Below, piece by piece: positions 57,237-64,000 of a stretch of 64,000 bases of DNA. The position numbers were made by a program, and so were the translations under genes. Source of the stretch: a virus; IMG/VR virus record IMGVR_UViG_3300013014_000020, positions 32,001 through 96,000 of that record; one strand, 5' to 3'. The notes beneath the pieces are model-generated. The model searched no databases, was not told the DNA's origin, and worked only from the letters and a program-made list of their open reading frames with translations. Every line of letters starts with the position of its first letter. The first letter of the stretch is position 1.

Positions 57237-59699
57237 TTAATACATACCGTAAACAGCAACTTTATCACCTGTTCTAGGAGCAGAAATAAATGTTACTGAA
57301 GTTGTTGTAATTGTATAATCACCAGCATCTTGTAATAAACCATTCAAGTAAACTGCTTGTGAACCTGTTCTAAGTTCGTTATTGAATGTGAATTCAGTAA
57401 CAACACCATTAGCAGTTTCAACTACACCAGCATTTCTAAAATAGATATTAGCAAAATCATCAGCTAATGACAATTCAGCGCTTTCCGCTCTAACTACCTC
57501 AGTTGACAAGTTAGCAACGATTTCAGTAAATGAATCAATTTCAGTTACGTCGATGTTAGATATCAAGTAAGAAACTTGAGTTGACAATTCTGTAGCAATT
57601 GAATCTTCAGCGTTTTCAGCTCTTACTATCTCAGAAGATAATGCAGTTTCCAATGATCTGTCAATAAATACTCTGGCAGACGTTTCAGTAAATAAATCAT
57701 CCTCTAAACTTGCATCAGCATCTTGACGGTTGCTAATTTCTCTATCTATAGCAAATTCTCTAGTTGAAACTTCAGTAGATAAATCAGCTATGATTGAATA
57801 ATCCGCAACAACTCTTCTACTAACTTGAGTTGATAATTCAGTAGATAAACTCGTATCAGCATCTTGACGTGCGTTAGCTTCAGAAGATAAATCAGACTCT
57901 AAACTTGCATCAGCATATGCACGTGCGTCAGCTTCATTATTGATTTCTAAACCAATTGATGTAACCGCAGATAACAATGCGTTATCGTTCTCTAAATCAA
58001 TTCCATTAACGAACTCAACGATTTCAGCAAATTGATCTAAATCAACTTCAGAACCATCAAGAATAGCATCAATACGTCCTTGTTCTACAGATACTGCAGA
58101 CGCTAAAGATTGGTCAGCTGCTAAACGAATAGACGCTTCATTATTGATTGCAGTTCCTCTGTTAGAAACTTCAGTAGATAAATTGTTAGTCAATACTAAC
58201 TCAGCACTCATTGCTCTTGACTCTTCAGCATTAACGTCAGCGATTCTGTTAGAAACTTCAGTAGATAAATTGTTAGTCAATACTAACTCCGCACTCATTG
58301 CACGAGACTCTTCAGTATCAACATCAGCGATTCTGTTAGAAACTTCAGTAGACAAATCACCTCTTAATACCGCTTCAGCACTAGTTGCACGTGATTCCTC
58401 AGCATCAACATCAGCTATTCTGTTAGAGATTTCGGTAGACAAGTTAGCAGTAATAGACGCATCAGCAGAAACTCTATCAGATTCTTCGTTTCCTATAGAG
58501 GTTTCCAATGAAGCATCAGCAGCAGCACGAGCATTCTCTTCAGTATTCACACGTTCTGACAATGAAGTATCAGCAGAATTCATAGTTGAAGTCAATTCGG
58601 AAACTTCAGCAATTCTTTCTGAAATTTCAGTAGATAATGCAGCATCAACAGATGAATTAGCTATTGATAAGTCAGTTGAAATTTTACCTTCTAAACTTGT
58701 GTCAGCATTTTCTCTGTTTAACGTTTCAGTTGATAAATCAGACGCTAATGAATTATCACCAGCAATTCTTGCAGATACTTCAGTAGATACAGCAACTTCT
58801 CTGTTAGCAACTTCAGTTGATAAGTTAGCAGCAACAGAAGCGTCACCAGAAATACGAGCAACTTCTTCTAAAGATACTGCAGCAGTTCTATCAACAACTT
58901 CAGTTGATAAGTCAGATGCCAAAGATTGGTCAGCAGCAAAACGAGTTGATGCTTCAGCAGATGTTGCGATAGATGCGTTAGTTGCAAGTTCAGTAATTGC
59001 ACCATCTAATTCACCATCCATTGATTGGTAAGCAGCAACGATTTCAGTTAATGAATCTAAAGCCGCTGGATCTGTGTTTGAAATAACATAGTTAACTTTA
59101 GCATTCAATGAAGTTTCAGCAGATTCTGCTCTTGCGATTTCAGAAGATAAATCAGTTTCTAATGAAAGATCAGCCGCGTTCATTGCATTTTCTAAACTCT
59201 CATCACCAACAACTCTTAAAGACGCTTCAGCATCAATGTTGTTTTGTAATGATTGTTCAGCTACCATTGCACGAGATTCTTCAGCATCAACATCAGCTTC
59301 TCTGTTAGCAACTTCAGTAGATAATGCAGTTGCAATTGAATTATCACCAGCAATTCTGTTAGACACTTCAGTAGATACTGCAGCTTCACGGTTTGTTACT
59401 TCTGTAGATAATTTAGTCGCGATTGAGTTATCACCAGCGATTCTGTTAGAAACTTCAGTAGATACTGCTGCTTCACGATTTGCAACTTCTGTAGATAAGT
59501 TAGAAGTGATTGATTGGTCACCTAAAATACGATTAGATACTTCAGTTGACATTTCTAATGATACGTTAGTATCAATTGATGCAACTGTAGATGTCAAACC
59601 TGAGACATCCGTCATCACTAAACCTGTTGGTGTGGTGATGGTTGCGTTTGTAAGGATTAAGTCCGACTGTCTGTCTAAGACTATTCTAGTATTCGCCAT
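57237..59699 (-). CDS. Long acidic coiled-coil fibre protein with a C-terminal beta domain
   Basis: Repeats STEVSNRIAxD / EESRAxSAE (11/22-residue period), LDSLTEI nodes, C-terminal VYLNGLLQ..DY. Confidence 0.8.
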   Translation of the reverse strand: MANTRIVLDRQSDLILTNATITTPTGLVMTDVSGLTSTVASIDTNVSLEMSTEVSNRILGDQSITSNLSTEVANREAAVSTEVSNRIAGDNSIATKLSTEVTNREAAVSTEVSNRIAGDNSIATALSTEVANREADVDAEESRAMVAEQSLQNNIDAEASLRVVGDESLENAMNAADLSLETDLSSEIARAESAETSLNAKVNYVISNTDPAALDSLTEIVAAYQSMDGELDGAITELATNASIATSAEASTRFAADQSLASDLSTEVVDRTAAVSLEEVARISGDASVAANLSTEVANREVAVSTEVSARIAGDNSLASDLSTETLNRENADTSLEGKISTDLSIANSSVDAALSTEISERIAEVSELTSTMNSADTSLSERVNTEENARAAADASLETSIGNEESDRVSADASITANLSTEISNRIADVDAEESRATSAEAVLRGDLSTEVSNRIADVDTEESRAMSAELVLTNNLSTEVSNRIADVNAEESRAMSAELVLTNNLSTEVSNRGTAINNEASIRLAADQSLASAVSVEQGRIDAILDGSEVDLDQFAEIVEFVNGIDLENDNALLSAVTSIGLEINNEADARAYADASLESDLSSEANARQDADTSLSTELSTQVSRRVVADYSIIADLSTEVSTREFAIDREISNRQDADASLEDDLFTETSARVFIDRSLETALSSEIVRAENAEDSIATELSTQVSYLISNIDVTEIDSFTEIVANLSTEVVRAESAELSLADDFANIYFRNAGVVETANGVVTEFTFNNELRTGSQAVYLNGLLQDAGDYTITTTSVTFISAPRTGDKVAVYGMY

Positions 59700-59930
59700 A
59701 AAATGGGTTTTAAAAAATTATTTATAAAAATGTGTTCTTTTACACCAAAAAACCTTAACACTAGGTTTTAAGTTTGTTGATAAATAGTATACCAGAATAC
59801 CTCTTTAAGAAAAGTATTCTTTAATATAAATTTTTTTATGTGGATAAATATTAGATATTAATAATTGTTAGGAAGAACCCTAAACTTGTTTTCATATAAA
59901 TATATTAATAATTCTAAAAAGACTAAAAAA

Positions 59931-60167
59931 TTATAAATTATATAATAAATTTTTTAAATTCTTAATTGAATTGGTATATAAAAGTGGATCACAAGACCCT
60001 CTCTCATTTAAATAATCGTTAACATTTAACATTAAATCCTCTGTTTTATCAAAAACAAAGACCACTCGGTTTTTGCTTTTTTCAACCCTCATTTTAAAAC
60101 TTTTTAACCTTAAAAAGGCAGATAAATATAAATCACTTGTTTTGTATTCTAATTCTTGCTCCATCAT
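59931..60167 (-). CDS. DUF5659-like small protein
   Basis: YKTSDLYLSAFL..RVVFVF pattern. Confidence 0.6.
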   Translation of the reverse strand: MMEQELEYKTSDLYLSAFLRLKSFKMRVEKSKNRVVFVFDKTEDLMLNVNDYLNERGSCDPLLYTNSIKNLKNLLYNL

Positions 60168-60229
60168 TTTTTATTTACTATTATAAATATGTTAATATTT
60201 TAGGTTGTGCCAATTTTATAAAAATTTTT

Positions 60230-61015
60230 TTAATAAAATCTATATGAACAAGTAATTTTACTCCAAGAAGTTGGGGCAAGATTAAATGTTATAGTTTTTC
60301 CGTTTATGGTGTAATCATTATTTTCACCAGGATCTTGTAGAAGACCATTTAAATATACGTGATCGCTTCCAGGTTTTGGTAGTGTGCTAAGCTCAAAAAC
60401 TTTATTTATTCCGTCAATACCCCCAATCGGATTTTCGTGGTCAATAAAGTTTATTTCACTATAAGTTCTGTAAGTACATAATAATTTACTACCTATTTTT
60501 GGTGGTTCATTAAATGTTATTGTTTTTCCAACTATTAAATAATCTAATTGTTCACCTTTGTCTTGTAAAAGACCATTATAAAATAAATGTTCTGAATTTA
60601 TTTCAGGTGTGAATCTTAATGAAAAAACTTTATTTACACTATCTATGTTTCCAGATATTAATTCTCTATCAATAAACGTGGACGCATTAACTCCCGGTAT
60701 TAATAAATTGTCACGTAAATTATTTAAAACCTCTAATTGTGTTGATGATAAAAAAAAGATTTCTTCCCAATCCAAAATATCAAAAGACCAAAAATTATTT
60801 TTGAGTTTAAAGTACTTTGATCCCCCATTTACACCAACAATCATTCCAGGCCTTCTTCTATCATAAGAAATAAGGTCTAAATCAGATTCTTGGTCAACAT
60901 TTCTTAACCCATCTACTCCATACAAAGGATCGGTAACAGCATAGGTATCTAAAGTATCCATTGGCGAAATGAACCCCATAATACCAACACCACCAATCTT
61001 ACTAAAATCGGACAT
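60230..61015 (-). CDS. Structural protein with two tandem NGLLQ beta modules
   Basis: GLRNV..RRRPGMIVGV N-domain, then two copies of D(S/G)xNKVFxL..P..H(L/V)xxNGLLQDxG..DY. Confidence 0.7.
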   Translation of the reverse strand: MSDFSKIGGVGIMGFISPMDTLDTYAVTDPLYGVDGLRNVDQESDLDLISYDRRRPGMIVGVNGGSKYFKLKNNFWSFDILDWEEIFFLSSTQLEVLNNLRDNLLIPGVNASTFIDRELISGNIDSVNKVFSLRFTPEINSEHLFYNGLLQDKGEQLDYLIVGKTITFNEPPKIGSKLLCTYRTYSEINFIDHENPIGGIDGINKVFELSTLPKPGSDHVYLNGLLQDPGENNDYTINGKTITFNLAPTSWSKITCSYRFY

Positions 61016-61041
61016 CTACATCAAAAATATACATATATTAT

Positions 61042-62778
61042 TTATTCACATAACCATATATCTACCTCAGCATTTGTTGAGACATATGTTCTATATACTG
61101 AATAAATAGTTAAATATCCAAAATTGTCAATTAAAGAAACGTCTGGTTTAGAAATAATTGGAATAACAAATCCGTTACATCCTGAATTACTATTTCTAAA
61201 TATTGATGGTTGTGGCATTGATTTAGGTATTAATATATAGATATAACCAATTCCATTTGAAACTGTTAAATTAAGATCTATTGATGTTGTTATATCTAAT
61301 TTTATTAATGTTGATACGTCATTAGTTGTTAAATTTGAGTTTTGTATTTTTCCATAATAAATCACAGGAGCTGGAGGAGGACTTGATGTTGGTGTTGGTG
61401 TGTTTGTTGGTGTAGGAGTATTTGTTGGTGTATTTGTTGGTGTATTTGTTGGTGTATTTGTTGGTGTTGTCGTAGGAGTTGGGGTATTAGTTGGGGTTGT
61501 CGTAGGAGTTGTTGTTGGAGTATTTGTTGGTGTATTTGTTGGTGTTGTCGTAGGAGTTGGGGTATTAGTTGGGGTTGTCGTAGGAGTTGTCGTAGGAGTT
61601 GTTGTTGGAGTAGGTGTATTTGTAGATGTTATTGTAGGTGTTGGAGTATTAGTTGTTGTTGGAGTTGGGGTATTAGTTGGGGTTGTTGTTGGAGTAGGTG
61701 TATTTGTAGATGTTATCGTAGGCGTTATTGTAGGCGTTATTGTAGGTGTTGGAGTATTAGTTGGGGTTGTTGTTGGTGTGTTTGTCGGAGTAGGGGTATT
61801 AGTTGTTGTAGGTGTAGGCGTAGAAGTATTTGTTGGAGTAGGTGTAGGGGTATCTGTAGAAGTTACCGTTGGTGTGCCTGTAGGCGTAGGAGTATTTGTA
61901 GGAGTAGGTGTAGGCGGGATATTTGAAATTATATTAACTGCATACTCAACATCCAAATCCACATTTAACACGCGAGTATTTTCTAAACAATTTTGGTCTG
62001 ATAACATATTAAAGTCATAATCTAAAATGACTTCTGTAAATCCACTTACCGATCCTAAAGGTATTGTAATTTGCTTGGTAACAACCATTCTTTCACCATC
62101 TAAAGAAACTAATACACAATCATACTCAACAGTACTATCCACATCAAGAGGTATATTATATCTAACAAATGACTGTAATATAACCGAACCTGGAACAATA
62201 TATTGATCAATTAAAACTTGTAAAACTGTTGGGGATGGTGATGCAGTCGGCGTTTGTGTTGGGTTACATTCCGGAGTCTTTGTAGGTGTAGGAGTATTGG
62301 TTGGTGTTTGTGTCGGTGTCGGAGTCTGGGTAGGAGTATTAGACGGTGTAAAGTTTGGAGGCAAAGGCGTTACACACAAATTCCAAGTAGGAGTTGGTGT
62401 TGGCGTAGGTGTCGCTGTTGTTGTTGCTGTCGGAGTGTTTGTTGGTGTAGGAGTCTGTGTAGGTGTTGGCGTATTAGTAGGAGTCTGTGTTGGAGTTCTT
62501 GTAGGTGTTGGAGTTGGTGTTCTTGTAGGTGTATTTGTCGGTGTTGGTGTAGGAGTTGGTCTTGGTACGTTTAAAAAGTTTGTACAACTACCACCATCTG
62601 TTGATATTGTGTATGTTCCGTAAATTTCTTGTTGTGGTGTTAATAAATCTGGCTGGAAAGTATATGGAAGTATAACAAAACCAATATTTATAGTGATATT
62701 ACTATTATCTGGTTTGAATAGTATTTGGGCGCTTTCACCGCTAAAATTAACACTTTGTATTGTAATTATCTGACTCAT
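61042..62778 (-). CDS. Mucin-like Thr/Pro-repeat surface protein
   Basis: Two long (TP)n/(TNTP)n tracts separating three small globular domains. Confidence 0.85.
   Translation of the reverse strand: MSQIITIQSVNFSGESAQILFKPDNSNITINIGFVILPYTFQPDLLTPQQEIYGTYTISTDGGSCTNFLNVPRPTPTPTPTNTPTRTPTPTPTRTPTQTPTNTPTPTQTPTPTNTPTATTTATPTPTPTPTWNLCVTPLPPNFTPSNTPTQTPTPTQTPTNTPTPTKTPECNPTQTPTASPSPTVLQVLIDQYIVPGSVILQSFVRYNIPLDVDSTVEYDCVLVSLDGERMVVTKQITIPLGSVSGFTEVILDYDFNMLSDQNCLENTRVLNVDLDVEYAVNIISNIPPTPTPTNTPTPTGTPTVTSTDTPTPTPTNTSTPTPTTTNTPTPTNTPTTTPTNTPTPTITPTITPTITSTNTPTPTTTPTNTPTPTTTNTPTPTITSTNTPTPTTTPTTTPTTTPTNTPTPTTTPTNTPTNTPTTTPTTTPTNTPTPTTTPTNTPTNTPTNTPTNTPTPTNTPTPTSSPPPAPVIYYGKIQNSNLTTNDVSTLIKLDITTSIDLNLTVSNGIGYIYILIPKSMPQPSIFRNSNSGCNGFVIPIISKPDVSLIDNFGYLTIYSVYRTYVSTNAEVDIWLCE
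61370..61920. repeat. Low-complexity Thr-Pro coding repeat (second tract at about 62230-62560)
   Basis: Degenerate GGTGT/GGAGT/GTT repeats on the plus strand. Confidence 0.9.
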
Positions 62779-62809
62779 TGTATATTTTTATAAATACAAT
62801 CAAACAGAC

Positions 62810-63013
62810 TTATTTTTTAATTTTAATCATTTTATACCAAGCTCTTTCGTGTATAAAATAAATAAAAGGTTTAATTAATAGTTCACCCAAACCAATTAAA
62901 GATGAAACCTCTATTGATGCACCAAGTAATAACGCGGTTCCAATTGTTGTTAATGTTGCAAAAAATCTATAAGTCAAAGTTTTTAATATGTGTCTTTTTA
63001 AATCAACCTGCAT
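62810..63013 (-). CDS. DUF2061-family small membrane protein
   Basis: RHILKTLTYR..YFIHERAW signature. Confidence 0.85.
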   Translation of the reverse strand: MQVDLKRHILKTLTYRFFATLTTIGTALLLGASIEVSSLIGLGELLIKPFIYFIHERAWYKMIKIKK

Positions 63014-63024
63014 ATTATATTAAA

Positions 63025-63843
63025 TCAAAAATAACCCAATTGATCATAGAACCATTGATGTTTTTGTTTTATCCAGTTACATGCTGGCACCCCAAGGACT
63101 TCTTTGTAATCTAATTTTAATGGTTCTATTTTTGATTTAATTGTGTGATCACCATAAATTCCATATACAGAATCATCTTCTTGTGTTATCTGTTCTACAT
63201 TATTAAAATCGTGTTCGTAGTATGGTAGTTCTAAATAATTGTAGATTCTTTCCATTTCCTTTTTTGGGTTTGATGTAAAATCCTCAAACTTAACAAACAA
63301 AACTTTTGTGTTAATACCTTCTTTAAACATTTGGTACAACCTCTCAATAGCAAGACCAACTGGTTGTGATTGAGCCCAAACATCAATTCTTTTTTCTGTT
63401 GTTGTTCCTTGCATTTGCGCGTGGTTTACAACACCAGAATCCATATGTTGACTTTTTCTAAAATTCTTTTCCATTGATGCAAAAATTCCACGTAAATCCC
63501 TTACCATACAAATAATTTTTGGTTCTGGATAAAAAGAATTTAAAAATCCGTAATGAATACCCCAACCTCTACTTTTATCTAAAACGTATGGTTTGTCTGT
63601 TACACCATTAAAAAAACCGGTAACACCTTGATTACAAAAGTTTAAAAACCCTTGTTTCATCAATTCCGAATCTTGTGCTTTAAATTCTGGTGATGTAGTG
63701 TAATTTGCTCTTGCGGCATATACTAATTCTAAAACACCAGATGTTGGTGTTACATAAAAATCTGGATTTTGACCCATTACATTTTGAAGCAATGTTGACC
63801 CTGCTCTTGGTAATGAGCTTTGAAAAAATATTTTTTGTACCAT
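63025..63843 (-). CDS. PAPS-dependent sulfotransferase
   Basis: 5'-PSB loop SLPRAGSTLL, DKSRGW, 3'-PB motif MVRDLRGIFAS and VKFEDF. Confidence 0.88.
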   Translation of the reverse strand: MVQKIFFQSSLPRAGSTLLQNVMGQNPDFYVTPTSGVLELVYAARANYTTSPEFKAQDSELMKQGFLNFCNQGVTGFFNGVTDKPYVLDKSRGWGIHYGFLNSFYPEPKIICMVRDLRGIFASMEKNFRKSQHMDSGVVNHAQMQGTTTEKRIDVWAQSQPVGLAIERLYQMFKEGINTKVLFVKFEDFTSNPKKEMERIYNYLELPYYEHDFNNVEQITQEDDSVYGIYGDHTIKSKIEPLKLDYKEVLGVPACNWIKQKHQWFYDQLGYF

Positions 63844-63846
63844 AAA

Positions 63847-63999
63847 TTAATTTTTTAGTGATTCGATTATTTCGTTTACATTAAAGATGTTTGTATCAAA
63901 TAAAGGACATTCGTGTATTGTACCATTAAAGCTGTAATCAAATAAATAGCTATCTGGTAACTTAACGGTTGTTGGTAATTCAGCGATAATGTTTGTGTG
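63847..63999 (-). CDS. C-terminal fragment of an upstream gene, possibly glycosyltransferase-related
   Basis: Open frame HTNIIAELPTTVKLPDSYLFDYSFNGTIHECPLFDTNIFNVNEIIESLKN* ends 3 nt before the sulfotransferase ATG. Confidence 0.5.
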   Translation of the reverse strand, partial: HTNIIAELPTTVKLPDSYLFDYSFNGTIHECPLFDTNIFNVNEIIESLKN

Positions 64000-64000
64000 T

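Noticed and set aside
58144-59727. Plus-strand ORFs of 295 and 163 aa
   Set aside because: Antisense to the repetitive coiled-coil gene; no independent signals.
61400-62623. Plus-strand Val/Gly-rich and Cys/Arg-rich ORFs (61400..62020, 62254..62574, 62297..62623)
   Set aside because: Antisense shadows of the Thr-Pro repeat; low complexity removes stop codons.
1-64000. Stop-codon reassignment as seen in some jumbo phages
   Set aside because: Long intact ORFs in the standard code; TAA, TAG and TGA all end plausible genes.
1-64000. tRNA or rRNA genes
   Set aside because: No cloverleaf or rRNA-like segment was recognised; the intergenic gaps are short and AT-rich.

Overview
The window is a 64 kb segment of an AT-rich (roughly 30% GC by eye) large myovirus or jumbo-phage genome, distantly T4-like. 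It uses the standard genetic code and most genes lie on the minus strand. (1) About 1-11 kb: baseplate wedge genes (gp6-like, gp25-like), then a replication and nucleotide block (HNH endonuclease, class II ribonucleotide reductase, DnaB/gp41 helicase, 5'-3' exonuclease, C5 DNA methyltransferase, RecA/UvsX, gp32-like SSB). (2) About 11-40 kb: a contractile-tail module (giant baseplate hub, LysM/gp53-like protein, tube-initiator-like protein with an inserted OmpA-like domain, tape measure, gp26-like chaperone with a probable programmed frameshift, tube, sheath, gp15/gp14/gp13-like neck proteins), plus an SNF2 helicase, a three-domain peptidase/SOD/nuclease-like protein and a family B DNA polymerase. 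(3) About 43-64 kb: an accessory island of repeat-rich fibre or surface proteins that share small anchor modules, mixed with modifying enzymes (2OG-Fe(II) oxygenase, GT60-type GlcNAc transferase, HtrL-like/GT-A fusion, DUF2827, sulfotransferase, DUF2061, J-domain protein). The most notable candidates are a phage-encoded mucin-like virion O-glycosylation and sulfation system, an LCIB/theta-type carbonic anhydrase fused to a putative virion-display module, and an SOD-containing putative polyprotein with prohead-protease-like LxE linkers. All family assignments come from motifs recognised by eye; no database searches were run.
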